Both the position numbers and the translations under genes were made by a program. Shown one piece after another: positions 26,345 to 41,343 of a stretch of DNA of 64,000 nt. Source of the stretch: Octopus vulgaris. Lineage: Eukaryota. Below the pieces are notes generated by a model. That model had not been told where the DNA came from. It did not search any database and saw only the letters and a list, made by a program, of their open reading frames with translations. The first letter of the stretch is position 1; every line of letters begins with the position of its first letter. The DNA lies in the NCBI GenBank assembly GCA_951406725.2, contig OX597816.1:32116001-32180000 (forward strand), given 5' to 3'.

Positions 26345-26655
26345 TTGTACTATAGGCACAATGCATGGAATTTGGAGAAGGGAGACAGTCGATTGCACCA
26401 ATGTCAGAACTCGAACTGTAAGGGATAAAAGGCAAAGTCGACTACGGCGGAATTTAAACTTAGAACGTGTAATGAGATGGTATACCGCTAAAGATTTTTA
26501 CCGGCGTTCTAATGACTGCCAGCACGCCGCGTTATAATAATAATTCTATCTGCTATAATATCAAGGCCTGAAATTTGGGGGAGGGAAGTAGTCGATTACA
26601 CCATTCCCACTGTTTCACTAATACTTAATTTAACAAATCCGAAAGGATGAAAGGA
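26345..26655 (-). mobile_element. Two degenerate SINE pieces (family of 7838)
   Basis: gggataaaaggcaaagtcgactacggcggaatttaaacttagaacgt...ctgccagcacgccgc is the reverse complement of the family head. Confidence 0.6.
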
Positions 26656-27380
26656 TTTATTCAATTTGACAGCCAGATTAATTTTTTAAACTAAACACTT
26701 TGAAATGTCGGATACTGGTAGAATGTGTCACATAGAGAACTGTTTACGTGCAACTTTTTTGACAAAATTTTGTATTTTAGAATTTATTTCGTGTTGAAAT
26801 AGTCGTATTTGCGTAATATTAACCAGTCAATGACGTGTATTAAGCTGAAGAAAAAATACTGCTACTGTTAGTGTGTGTGTGTGTGTGTGTGCGAGTGAAA
26901 GTGTGTGTGCACGTGTGGGTGGGTGACTGTGTAACTGTGTGCTCACACACAAGTGAATAGTCTAGTGTCCGTGTCCATGTGCTTCAGTCGTTTTGGGGAT
27001 TGAGTGTGTTCGTACTTGTGTATGTGAATATCTTCCAGCATGTATGATTATCTGTCTGTTTGTGCGTCTGTGTATCCTGCTACTTTTGGAACGGACGTAT
27101 TTGTGTGTATAGTGGCGTGGGCGCGTTCTTGTTCACCGACAAACATAAATACAAAACACCAAAGACTTAGAGAGGTCACGGATGGCCGGCTCTCTAACAT
27201 CCACAAGTTTATAAACGCAGACGCTCAGAGAAGGACCGAAATGTTGTTTTACGTTTCGAGTGGAGCTATTTTACAGAAACAGGAGACAGGAAAGTCCAAG
27301 AGAAAAGGAATGAAAAACATTGCTAGCGATCAGCATGTAGTTACACACGCGCGCGGGCGCATACAAACACATATACATCT

Positions 27381-27441
<61 letters not shown>

Positions 27442-27442
27442 G

Positions 27443-27493
<51 letters not shown>

Positions 27494-30400
27494 CATGCAT
27501 AGTGGCAAAATTCATGAAAAAAACTGGAAGACAGGTGATGTAGAGAACGAACAGATGTATTAATATAACGCTCGGGAATTGAAAAAGTCTTTAACGTTTC
27601 GAGTCTTCGCTCTTCCACAGAATATATATATTGCTAATAATAACATGACAACATCTCGTCATTTGAGACAAGCAAAAATGCTATAAAAATGACTGTTAAT
27701 GGAAATTTCCTGAATAGGGAGAAAGTTAAATTACTCAAAGAAGATAATTCAACGCTTATAGAATCTGCGTATGTGCGTATGGACATGTGCGAGCAATCAT
27801 ATACTCACTTACACTCGCATGAAACACATACATGCAACCCCCATACATATATATATATGTCTGTTTGTGTGTGTGTGTGTATTCATCCACACTACGAAAG
27901 CACACACATATACATACCATCACGCACACACGTGCGCACAGACGTATATATACCCACACGCGAACAATTATGTACATATTCACGTCTACTTTCGCAGATG
28001 CACAAAAATGGACGGTGAAAGGTAATGTACAGAAAAATATATAAATATATACACCAATAAAATATTATATATATATATATATATATATGTAAAAATATAA
28101 AAATATATATGTAAGAAATGAGATGATTGTACGTGAACACAATATAAAAAGCATGTTCTTTCTGTATACTTGGGAGACTAAAAACGTAACAGATATTTAG
28201 CCAGATATGGACATTACTGAAAACTTTCAGTTCTTGAATAGTTGACAACTTTAACATTCATTAGAATATCTTAGCCAAGTGTAAGTCTTACACCAACAGT
28301 AGTGGAACGTGCGGTGTTTGTGATATGCAAAGATAGATTATCTGGAAAAGCTCTAGTGATATCCGTGTGGTATTGCATGATGGAAGCATGTTGGATTGTG
28401 TGTATGGCTTTTATTACATGTGCTGAATAATTTTATATCACTTCCATTATATATAAATATATGTGAGTCTGTGTGTGCGTCTGTGTGTAGTGCGAAATAA
28501 TAGCATGCTTCTTGCGTCCAATTGTTGTTTTAAGTACCTATGTAGTCGTTACGAAACATAGAATCCCGCTTAGTCCATTAATCTGTAATGTTCATTCGGC
28601 AGTTGGTGGAAGATGTGCCATCTAGAGGGAGAGATGAGTGCTTCAGCAGTCAACAGTTATATAGATTTAAGTGAATTTTTTTGGCAACCCTAAATGAAGA
28701 GGATTTGTCAAGAATTTCCTAACTGTTTGTAGACGTACATTGTTTACAATAATCAGAAATATAACAGTGGAAATCATCCAGCAGCCACCATGATAATGAT
28801 GCATGTGTTCCTTTCCCCATTTGTTCTTCTTCAGTAGCAATTATGTACGGGAAATGGCATGTTAAGAAAACATCAGCTGTTAGGGGATACAGAAAATCAA
28901 AGAATTACTTACTTAATTATAAATGCACATCATACACACACATTCACGTATAGTATTATTCGGGTTACAACCTCGTGAGGTGCATATAATATTTCCTTAT
29001 CATCTACCATATGCCACTCTACAGCAGGTTATTTTCTACGGATGAATACATGTGTGAAACATCATTATTGTATTGGATTCAAATAAGAGTTATATTTCAC
29101 GAGGATATGAAGGAGCAGAGGATAATATTATGGGCTCTAGATTTAGGTTTTGTTAAATATTTCAGCTAAATTATGCCATTTAGTAACGTCCTTTAGTAGT
29201 AGATTTAATAAATACATAGCAATGAATAACATAACTTTTAATAACTGCAGGACTAGATATTCCTTAGTGGTGGAAAAAATAGAAGTATGTACAGCTACTA
29301 ATGTGTTTGTAGATTTGTGAATTTGAAAGGGTATAACGTGAGACAAGTGTGTTTAAAAAGCAAAGTCAAATATAGTAAATAAAACAATACATAAAATATA
29401 ATGGTAAGAAATTAAGCCTGTAATCTACAAATTAATGTCCAGTGGTATCAATGAAGGTCACTTGAAGCCAGACGGCTTGAAAACGTAAGTATAACGATAA
29501 TTCAGTAGAGATATCATGTTTCGTAAAAAGGAAGCAATGAAATCAAAAGAAACCCTCGTAAATGATTTTATTTATTTTATTTTGACTCAGTCACACACAT
29601 CGTACATTATTTGATACAAAACGTCTTCACTTTTATTCTATTTTTATTCTATTCACACTAACACTCAACTAGAGTTCGTTTTTGTTATTACTTTTATTAC
29701 TGCATCATTAAGGTCACATTATGTTTTTGTTTATGGTACTATTATTTTTATATTACTTTCTTTTTATTTCCTTTTGTTCAACTGGAAGAATTGCTGTCAC
29801 CCGAAATATAATGAACTGATTTGTTGAGAGTAACAGACATGGTAAATCTGAAGAAATACAAAAGAAGCCGACAGTGGTTGTTCGCATATCGCCAGAGGAG
29901 GCAGGCACACACGCGCACACACAAACACAAACACACACACACACCTACACACATACACACACGCGCACACACATACACTGCTGTTTCTGAAAAATATTGA
30001 ATTATTTACAATTTCTAAAGAATAATCTTTATATTTCTAATGATATATAAATGTAAATTCAGCAACTACAAGCAGGTGTCCAGTGCAGAAACTAATGATT
30101 TGATTGGCTATTAAAATCTGGTATTTTTCGTTCTGATGTTACCCAATTTATATTTCCCTTATAGATGTCTGCGTGTGTATGGTGACCCAAAAATTGCATG
30201 AGGTTTGGAATCTTTGACATTACTTTTACTTTTTGAAATTTAGTTTCTATTTTCAGGGATTCTATGGACTAAGTACTGGAAATTATAATGTGTACAGTGT
30301 GGTGTGCAATTATCTTCTGAGGAGATAATCGGTTTTATTTTTTTGAATAACTGTAATTGGTAAGCGATACAGGTACCGATCGAAGACTTTTTGCGGACCA

Positions 30401-30503
30401 TTGTGCTTTTCATCACTGTTTACTCTTTTCTTCCAGTTGTTTTCAATTTGGTATATTGATTGAGATTTGTATCCGATGTAATTAAATTTTCCGATACATT
30501 ATA

Positions 30504-30668
30504 GGCGTAGGAGTGGCTGTGTGATAAATAGCTTGCTTACCGACCACATGCTTCCAGGTTCAGTCCCACTGTGTGGCACCTTGGGAAAATGTCTTCTGCT
30601 ATAGTCTCGGGCCAACCGAAGACTTGTGAGTGGATTTGGCAGACGGAAACTTAAAGAAGCCCGTTGTA

Positions 30669-30699
<31 letters not shown>

Positions 30700-30935
30700 T
30701 GTGTGTGTGTATCTGTGTGTGTCTGTGTTTGTCCCCCCCGACATCGCTTGACAACCGATGCTGGTGTGTTTACGTCCCCGTAACTTAGCGGTTCAGCAAA
30801 AGAGTTCGATAGAATAAGTACAGGCTTAGAAAGAATAAGTCCTGGGGTCAATTCGTTCGACTAAAAGTCGGTGCTCCAGCATGGCCACAACCAAATGGCT
30901 GAAACAACTAAACGATTAAAATAGTAAAAGAGTAT
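30504..30935 (+). mobile_element. tRNA-derived SINE (family of 19146)
   Basis: Colinear with 19146-19547. Confidence 0.85.
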
Positions 30936-31639
30936 TCATAATTAAAATGTCATTAACCTTTAGATTTTCCAAATTTGTGTATTTTTGCCAATGAGAAGCA
31001 AGTATTTTACATATCACGGTGGCGAAGATTTCAATATTTCATAGTATCCAAAGCAAAGAAGCACCATGTGCTGCATAGCTAATTGCGAAGAATTATTTCC
31101 GTTGTAGCCAAAGACGCTGCGCAAGCGCACACTGCGCTGGGTTTATAAACTCTAAAGATGGGAGTCACACAACAAATTGAAAGTACCTGGGCATCTTTAA
31201 AACATGGAAACAAACATTGGTGGGGGACACACCGTTCCATAGTTGACTCTTATCGTTGTGAATATATGTGGAGTAGGAGATACGAGAAAGATAATTCATT
31301 TTTAAAAATCTTGGAGTGTATTCCAAATTTTCTTTCTTGAATTTTTGAACTAATAGATGTCTATTTTAAATAATGACTTCACACGCATCAACCCACCCCC
31401 GTCAATGATGGAAGAGGCAGCCACCGCGCTGTTTTCTGACTGGCTGAAAATTCTGAAAATTATCAAACGTTGAACATCTGTAATATTTTTGCAAAATTTT
31501 TCTGAAATAAATGAATAACAAATTTGGCTTCAGTGTCAAACATTACATCTATATGCTTCGTTAAAATATTTGTTTCAAAGCCAATCGTAAACAGTGACGA
31601 AATCTGCAAATATTAATTTTGTCCCCTGGAATTCAAAAT

Positions 31640-32110
31640 AGTCCCGATATGTGGTTTCAGTAGCAGGAAGCAAATGGTTATACTGCAAGAGAGGCAATAG
31701 AGTTGCCGAAGAAATGTTTTGGAGAAAGAATCAACTCGCGCTACCGCAATTTCAAGTGGCAAGTGCATTACTCAAACTTGACCAGCCCTGACTTGAGGGG
31801 GAACATGAAGACATATGAGAACAAACCAGAAACCCTGAAGCAATCAATGGAGAAATCAAGGAATGGATCCTGAATGCTTTGCAGAAGTCACAGAACATAT
31901 TTGTAAAGGAGACAGATGTGTATAGCTGAAAATTGATGCCTATTTTTAAAGATGTCCATTTTTATATGTAATTCAGAGTTTGGATGAAAAAGACTGCCGC
32001 AAATTAATTCCCATTATATCCTCTTTACTGAATTAATGTTTTATACATCTATTTGTAACGAAGAGTTATTGGAAATTAAAACCCTCAGTCACTTTTTGGC
32101 CACCTTTTAT
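31640..32110 (+). mobile_element. Tc1/mariner transposase relic with 3' TIR
   Basis: WFQ*QEANGYT (cf. WFQQDGATAHT) and KCFGERINSRYRNFKWQVHYSNLTSPD (cf. WPPRSPDL); ends cactttttggccacctttta. Confidence 0.6.
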
Positions 32111-32111
32111 G

Positions 32112-32156
<45 letters not shown>

Positions 32157-32158
<2 letters not shown>

Positions 32159-32414
32159 TCTCTTTTCTCTTTTACTTGTTTCAGTCATTTGACTGCGGCC
32201 ATGCTGGAGCATCGCCTTTAATCGAGCAACTCGACCCCGGGACTTATTCTTTGTAAGTCCAGTACTTAATATATCGGTGTCTTTTGCCGAACCGCTATGT
32301 GACGGGGATATAAACATACAAGCATTGGGTGTCAAGCAATGCTAGGGGAACAAACACTGAACCCGGAACCATGTGGTTGGTAAACAAGCTACTTACTACA
32401 CAGCCACTCCTGCG

Positions 32415-32416
<2 letters not shown>
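32157..32416 (-). mobile_element. SINE (family of 19146), internally deleted
   Basis: Reverse complement of tail and head with the middle missing. Confidence 0.85.
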
Positions 32417-32497
<81 letters not shown>

Positions 32498-32531
32498 TGT
32501 ATGTATGCATGTATGTATGTATGTATATCTA

Positions 32532-32970
32532 CAGTGTGCGGTGAATAAATTGTCGTCAAATTTAAGCTAAAATGAAATTAACACTCATATGTCATTATAA
32601 CAGATTTATAAGTTACATAAAAAAACATTTTGAAAAGAAAAAACTAAATGCATTCAATAAAATCGCCTTTGTCTTCAACTAATGCCTCCAAACGACTACG
32701 GATTCTTCTGGGTAGTTTCCCTGTTTAAGTTAGGGAATGCTGCCATCGGTCTCACATGGTGTTTTGCTGCGTCTCACACAACTGCGCCAAAAGCATGATA
32801 AACAAGTGAATACCAGTGTGTGATGTTAAGTTGCCAGATGTTAGGGGCAATGTGGTCGCAAAAAAATTATGACTATCATGACAGGGTTGTTGTACGTGTG
32901 TGGCATGTTGAAATCTCCTGTTGCAAGATATAGGGTCTTCAAGCAATCAATCTTGTGATCTGGAGCAGCA
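32532..32970 (-). mobile_element. Tc1/mariner-superfamily relic, 3' end
   Basis: TA + cagtgtgcggtgaataaatt terminus; minus strand RSRLEALVEDKGDFIE-like C-terminus. Confidence 0.55.
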
Positions 32971-35900
32971 TTATTTCCCACATTTTATAACACATAACCC
33001 CTTGTATTTTGCATTTTATATCTATTCTTATTCATATGTATAACCGAATATATTATGTGCTACATACTCAATTATGTCTTCTGTAACAATAATAATATTT
33101 TTATGCATTCTTTTTTCGCACGGAGGAGAACAGAAATATGTAATTAATTTAATTGTAATTAAATTAATTTCTAATTTTCCCTACCATATTATTTACGATC
33201 ATATGCATGGATCATATGTATGGATTAAATTCTTTTAAAAATTTCTAACATCTCTTCTCCATATTTAGTATTTTGCTGAGCTTCTATAGGCTGCTTATTC
33301 TAAATATTCTCATAACACACCATATTCGTATAGCGATTTCATATACCAGTAAGATACAAATGAAATATGAAGAATCCTTAATAGAAATCGACCTATGGAT
33401 CCCTACAAAAATAAAGGATGAAATAGAACTCAACATGTTCACCCCCCCCCCCATATATATATATATATATAGATATATATATATAGATATATATATATAT
33501 ATATATATGCATATACATGTATGCATTGTGAGGTGAATGTATTAATAGGCGTGAGTGGCAAAGGAAAGGAAATATATGAGAGAAATTCTAGTTGGCTAAG
33601 AGTTGTTTGGCACCACTTACTCAAATGAAGTCTGCAAAATTAATCTCATATGTACTAAGAACAATGCCACGTTAGCAGCAGAAAACATTCAAGGAATTAT
33701 CGGCCATTGTTACAGCAATAGTAAAGATGCTTGCAGTAGCAAGTGACGGAGTATACCTAGCACCGCTATCCAACAATAGCAATAAGGCAAATTTAACCGC
33801 GTAGCATTGGTTGTTAAAAGTCTTTAGTGGTGTGAATAACTATATTGAAGCTTCTGGTGGTGATGAAGACAAGAACGAATATAACTGGGGTAACAATCAT
33901 TGCCAATGTTAGTGAAGCTGACAATAACGATCGTGGTAATATTGTGTTTAATAATAACAGAAGCGTATGCGATGGTGGTGAACGGCTCATATAAACTATC
34001 GTGTAAACCAGTGAGAAGAGCAAATATTCTTAGATTGGAAAATTTCTAACGCTCCCCTCTGTGCCCAGCATTAAATCACTTATGTAGGCCACGAAGTTAG
34101 ATTATATCAGGATGTGTTTACGGAAAGATGACAAGTATGTACGTTCAGCCTGATGTGGAAGGTATAGTTCGTAGGAATCTCTAAGTTTGGAAAACTGTAG
34201 CTGGTAAGTAGACTGGTAACGCAACTGATCATGTGGAAGACAGGGCTGTGAAATATTGTTCAGATGTGTTGTTCAAGGTTCTTCTACTTTTTTCGACGAA
34301 CAAACCTTCTCAAATGCCCTGCAAAGAGTAGACGTTCTCCAGAAATTTTCTATGCGTATAGCCTAACGGACACCAGTGTTTCTCTCCTTCACATGAGGTA
34401 TCTTCCTGAACGAGGTGTTAGACGAATGTATCTTCTCTTTCTCGGGTCGGTTGCCTTAGATACTTGTCGATAAAATGACTGTTGATTCCAATGATTTAGA
34501 TTAGGTTCATTCGTTTAGCCCTGCCAACGTAAGCGCGATATCATTTTCTATGTAGCTGGCAAGAAGTTGTTAAACATGTCATATTCGGATCCTTTATCTT
34601 CGAACTCCGCTTCGATTTTCACACATCCGTAATTTTTAATACTAAGTGAAGAAAGAGGAATCCATCATTGTCTAGTGTTTTGTTGTGAACTATTTGTCCA
34701 AGTTTCGGTTACTGGAGCTCTTCAGTGTGTTTTACAGGCTCCTCAATGGGATATATAAACAAGAGGATTCAATCAATCCATGTAGCAAACAATGATCACA
34801 AGTGACTGATTTTAAGTTCTTTGCACTTTATCCGGATCAAGTGATAAGTAGCCAATTGGTCTGCAAGTAGGAAAATCCTATGTGAAACAGAACAACGTCT
34901 TCATGATACCCAAAGTTGTCTGTGGATTTTGATGGATGTGTGTGCGAGGCTGTTGAGCTAAGATCGGATAAATTTACACATCACGTTTTCAAGTTGATAA
35001 CGAAGAGAGTGGACACCGAGATGCCGAAAAAGTAACGTTCAGGACTAAAAGATTTTATGATGACAAACGTATATCGAGTCTCCGTAACTGTATACATTGG
35101 ATGAACTCCCGAAATAATGACGTGATCTGGAAAAGATAAAGGTAAATATCAGTGTTTTCTCGAATTGTATTACGACGATTTGTAAGATGACATTTCGATA
35201 CTTCAGACTTTGGGTTTGATCGAATGCTAGAATGCATGAATTCTACAGTTACGCAGTAAAGTACCTTTTACTCCTTTCTGGAAGTTTACACAAGCTGCAG
35301 ATATCTACATATATGTTACTGATGGGGTCATCCATGCGATTGTAATAACTCCACTTGTTTTAGTACCACTAATTTTAGTCTGCTAAGATTTCTACCCTAA
35401 TCTATTCTATATACCCTGCATAACTACAAAAAATTATTTCATTTTATGTGAAAGGAGATAGGGAGATATAGTGATGTAATTGTTCTTAAGATGAAGGGCT
35501 GTCATGGAGAAATATTGTGGATGGAGGAACTGGCGCAGTTCAGGAAGATGAAGAATAAGGTTTTTTCCAGCCTGACAAATTCACTATACAGGTTGCTGGT
35601 TGGGTGTGGTTGAAGTTTGATGTTGAAGTGATAGGTAAACGATTCATGAAAAATGGAATGGATGTTCTTAAATGATACCAGCTGAAACAGATGTCCAACG
35701 CTGATACACCAGTTACACTTTAATGAAATAAATCGGTAATTTTCTGTTCCCCAACTTGAAGCAATGAGGCATATGCAATGCAGTATATGAAAACAGTGCA
35801 GTACACATATTCTCGAAGTGCGCAAATGGATTATTAATACTAAATAAATGAGTACTATATTTGTATACAAGATTATCCTACAATACATTATGCGTTTCAG

Positions 35901-38900
35901 ATCAATTACTTATGGTATTCTTGAAAATCTTACAAAAGTATATAATGTTCAAAACAGGAATGAAAAAGTATGGGGTTAACAGTTGTCTATTATAATATTG
36001 TGTCACATGATATATAAGCAACATCTTATTGCATGAAAAGTTTTAAACAATACTAATCAAGTATAATGGTAAATAATTCTCTAGAAACTTGCTCGCGTAA
36101 AATGTGCCTTTAATGTGTAATTTAGCAGGTCTTGATATTTCTTGGAGAATACTAAAGCGGTTTGGGAATTTTAATCATGAGCTGTAAACTGGAAAAAGCA
36201 TATTTCCGTCCAGTTGAAATTGCGGAGGGATTATATACGAGTATAAAAATGTTGTTGTTTATACTACATTGAATCACACAAATGGCTAAAAGTGTTAGAT
36301 ACTCACAATTATGAAATAGTTGTTATCTTACTAAGGAAAGCAAGAACAGATCTTACAAAGCAACATTTTTATAAGATTGATCTTTAGCTTCACTAGGGAG
36401 ATAAATGCAATTAAAGCTACACGAAATTCATAACGCAGATCAAACCTTAAGAAAATGTGTTAGTAATGCTATTATTATCATTATGCATCAAGCTTCAGGT
36501 CAATCAGTAACGGGCTACAACGCGTCGTGCGCCGTTGCACCTCGTTACGGTATTCTACATTTCCTGTACTATCTCGGGCGACTCAGGCACGATTATGTAA
36601 ACTAATTCATAGCTACATAACAATATACATCTCTTTCCATAGAGAAAAGTAATATATAAAAAGAAAGCGTACTCTTTCCCTTATGAGCTGTTATGACCAA
36701 CAGGAGGCGGAGTTCAATTCTGGTATAGTAGAAATTGCTAGAAGTTAATAAATGTGTAGTTATTAGTATAATGCAGATAAAATATTTTCGTTCCAACTCA
36801 GTAAATCTTAGCACCAACTGTATACCCGTACCGGTGCTAATTATAGCAGTACAATTTTGGCTCCAGTCACTAGAAATATAGCCTATGTATTCTTGAATTT
36901 AAATTGAAATGTTTCAAAGATCTCTGCAGAAAAAATTGTAACGTACATTCTTATCTTAAGAACAAAGAAAATGATGGTCATTACTCGATTGCTTTCGGGA
37001 TAAGTTTTCACCGAAATCTGTCTTTTGGCTAGTTTCAGTATCATCACTACCTTCAGCAGCATGAGCAGCAATAGCATCGATTTGTGCCAATCATGTAAAG
37101 CAAAACACAATGTGAATAAATCTAACAATATTATTTAATTATATACCATTGTATTGCTGTTTAGACATCATTTTTTCTTATCCAGTCAAGCCTTTTACAA
37201 TATGTTATAAACGAGTTAAAATTAGTTTGAATTAAGGGTACGTTACTATAGTATACGTAAAAAGAAGGAAATCAATGAAATTTCAAAGAATATTTTGATG
37301 ATGTAAAATTCAGTAAACTTTTAAAAATTCCGATTTGTATTTTTCCAATATTTCTTCTAAATCCATGCAATATAAGTTAAAATCGCGCCGAAATCAAATC
37401 ATCCTTCATCATTTCTGCTCCTTTAAAGGAGAAAAATATCGAATGTGGTGATCTGCATAAATTTTAGAAACTTCGAGAACATATTTTTTTCTCTGATTGC
37501 GTAGTTTCTAGACATCTGTGCACGTGCAACGAACACGCCTTCAAATATCCGACAAACATACATCTTCCAAATAATTCCTAAAGTTATACAGCGTATAAAT
37601 TATATACTGATAGTGCATATCTCAGTGTACTTGTGTACATGAGACCGACTACATAGTCTATTGATTGCAACAACTTTTTTTCGGTTTTAGCTATTATGAG
37701 TGTCAAAAGGAGGAGATTCACAACATGAAAAAAATGCAAGTTTAATCGCTGATTTTTCACTATTGAATATATAAACAACGATACAATATAAGACTTCCGG
37801 TTAAGTGTTTCATCGCATATGTGATGTATAGCAAGTATGATAAAAGTGAAAGATAGAATATCCTGAAGACATGAAATTTGCTTTTAATTCTTCCTAAAAG
37901 CGATAGAATGATGCACTACCTAACTGCTGGAATTGATAACATACTATATGCTACTCAAAAATCTATACTTGTAGGCCCGAATTAAGGATGAGTATCGACT
38001 ACAAATGTATCGATTCATCAAACAAAGAGAACAACTTTAATCTATTATGAAGATGACGTTGATAAGAATTTAATTGATGTAACATAGATTCAATTCCAAG
38101 AGAACACGTTATGATGTTTCATTCCTCATTATAAAGGGTTGATACGGTAGTTACTCTCTTTTTACTACTGAGTGATCATCTCAAACCTGTTTATTTTGCG
38201 CAAAGTATGGAACAGGAAATGGGAACTAAAAGTTACTGAAAGCCTGATCAATATAGTCATGACGTTATTATATTTGCAATAACCAGCGGAGATCATAAAA
38301 GTGTAATCTTTCTCTCAATATAGCACAAGGGAAATGATACTGTGTAATTTATAGAGTAGCTTCCCAAAAGTGAATTGAGATTTTTATACAAAATGCATCG
38401 TGTTTGAGTGGACGCAAAGCAAGAGCGCTAAAAGAATGGACAGGACACAAATATTAAGTGTTTAATATTTTTGATAGGGCGGTCAAACGGTAAGTAACGA
38501 ACAGGAATTTTCGTAGCGGAAAAAAGGCAGCATAATTTTATTTTTTAATAGCTGTTAAATTACTAAAGAGAACTAATATTCTTTGGGTCACAATTACTGT
38601 CTCTCACAATTAATTACTTTGTATTGTATTTCATTCAGTTTCTCATAACTTAGGGAAATTTAAATCTCTATAGATAGTAAGTGATGCACAAAAACTCTGA
38701 GAGCTACGCATGCGTATGCTAAAGTATTCTCAGGTGATTTTATGGAACAAAGTAAATACAAAATAACAAAAGAATACCAGAAAAATAACGTCAGAAAATT
38801 ATATTCTGTATTCTGCTATATAATCCACTTCAACTAAAAACGTTTCGGTATTTAAGAAGAAAAAATACTTGTGTAGCATTTCTAATGTTTCAGTGTAACA

Positions 38901-39069
38901 GCGTTCAGGAATCGGATTTCCATTCAACTACTCAAGGTGATGTTTCTCAGGACGAGATTTAATATTTTTTAAAGAGTATTTCGCTTCCTAAGGAAGCGTT
39001 AAAATTAAATAGGTTGACTAGAAATACGTTGAAAAAGTAAATGGTACTTATTTATGTTGCTATAAAGAC

Positions 39070-39210
<141 letters not shown>

Positions 39211-39929
39211 GCATGCATACATACATATGTATATATACGTATATATATATAATATACATGTACACATAAATACACTCACACATACACTCATACACACTCA
39301 CACACTCATATATTTATATGTATATATATATATGTTCTTACTGTGTATATGTACATATATAAAGAGACACACACGCATATTCATATTTCCATAAGTTACC
39401 TTATAACTCACTGATGTAAATAATTCAGCAATTAGGAATAATATCGATTCAGTAAATTCAAAGTGTGTTTTACAATGCATATACACTAGGATTATTTTTA
39501 TTCGCCTTCATTTGGGCAAAGAAAGTAAAACAATCGAATATAATGGTCTAAATAAGTAATGAATTCAGAATAACTTTTGATTATGTTCCCTTTGCCTTTC
39601 AATTCTCTACAGTAATAAAAATATTTTTCAGTAAATAATGAAATCATTACTGAAAGTCGTGTCACTATAGTTTACAACTGAAATGCCTTAACATGTACAT
39701 ATCTAAATATCTAAACCTTTGTGTTTCGCACACACATGTACACATTTAATAATTTTGTTGGTGGGTTAACAAGGTTAGCAATGGTTTCATATGAAGCGAT
39801 CTTTGCGATCGCTCAAGTGTGCCACGCGGAATAATTGGTACTCGTCTCTAATTGAGAATATTCGATGCTGAACGCGATTCCCAAATAAATACACGGGTCA
39901 CAGGTGACAATATATATAAAAATGACTTG

Positions 39930-40900
39930 TTTATTATCCGATAAATTTCGTACTCCAACCTTGGTAAAGAAGTTTGTATATTCATATGTTCAGGAACATA
40001 AAGATTTTCAGTGGATTATACTATGTGATACATATGTGCTCTGCATATCAATTTACGGAATCTATCATAAGTTCAAGGGGGTACGTGTCCTTTGGAGGTA
40101 GGAATGTTGGCCTACTTGAATTACGAGTGGGGTGGGGTCATTCGAATGCTGAAATGGTGTCGGTATTGCAACGGTCTCAGGCAATCTGTAAAAGATTGGT
40201 AAGGTGAAAAAGTTTGATAAATTGGTGCTGCATGAGCTCGATGAAAATCGGACTCTTCGGCGTTTTGAAGTGTGCTCGATACTCTTTCTGCGAAACAGTA
40301 ATTTTCGTGACTTAATAGTCAGTTGAAACGAAAGGTTGGATCGTTCAGGCAAAAAGTGAAAAAGATTATAGGGATTTTTTGGTTGCATGTAATTGGCGTT
40401 GTCCTTACAGCTTTCTGGAAGTCAATAAGATCATTACAGAAGAGGCTTACTGCAATCTAATCGCTGAAATGCATGCTCACTTGCAAACAATGAGGCCAGC
40501 ATTGGTGACTCGGCGAGGCCTAAATCTGCTCCACGAAAATGCAAAGTCACATTTTGCAAAAATTTCGCTGCAGAAACCCACATATTTGGGATAAAAGCGT
40601 TTACTATATCCTCCATATTCTCCTGATCTTTCACCCATGGACAACATTCTTTTAAGCAGTTAAACACGGTTTTAAGTGATAAGACTTTCAGGTATAAAAC
40701 ATTAGTGGAATCAGTTTTCAAAGATCTCTTAATATCAAATTCAATAATTTTTTTATCAACAAGATATAAATAATCTCCTTGATCAATGGCAGAGAGATAT
40801 AGATATTCACGGCTCATACTTAAACTAATCAAAATATTAATTTTTCCAGAATACAATTGTTTCTGAAATCGGCCATTATTTTTCGGGAAAGAAAATATAC
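39930..40900 (+). mobile_element. Decayed mariner element
   Basis: HELDENRTLRRFEVCS, LLHENAKSH, PYSPDLSP motifs in broken frames; TIR-like end atcggccattattttcggg. Confidence 0.75.
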
Positions 40901-41250
40901 AGTCATGCAGGAAATAAATAGACACTTTTAATTTTCAAAATCTTATATTTATAAAAAATCTGTTTCAGTACTGTTCTATGTATATATGTTTGTGTGTGTA
41001 TCTATTTGTCCAACTACAACAGCTTAAAAAACCGGCGTGGTGCATGTTTGCACCCGTACCTTAGCTCTTCGTCAACGGTAATAAGGTGTGTATTCGTAAT
41101 TTAGAACCTAACGACAGCAGTACAGTCGTCGCTAGAGTCACTAAGGATGGTACTCAGCAACAACATTGCTGGATATCAAATATATTTAAATCGAATATAT
41201 ATAAATATAGATAAATAAATGGAGTGAAATGCAGGTGTTATTCAATTTCT

Positions 41251-41343
41251 TTTACCTCCGACATGTTTCGAAGACAACATTGGTATTATTCTAAACGAAT
41301 AAAATGGTGTAAAACAATGTAATCTTCTCATCAGGGAAATAAA
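41251..41343 (-). ncRNA. Type I hammerhead ribozyme with canonical core and long helix II (family 3)
   Basis: uuuauuucc CUGAUGA gaaga..acauug...caaugu..ucuuc GAAAC AU GUC ggagguaaa. Confidence 0.87.

Noticed and set aside
34000-35350. Possible decayed LINE endonuclease on the minus strand
   Set aside because: Only faint TW and DH-like motifs; cannot be supported without a search
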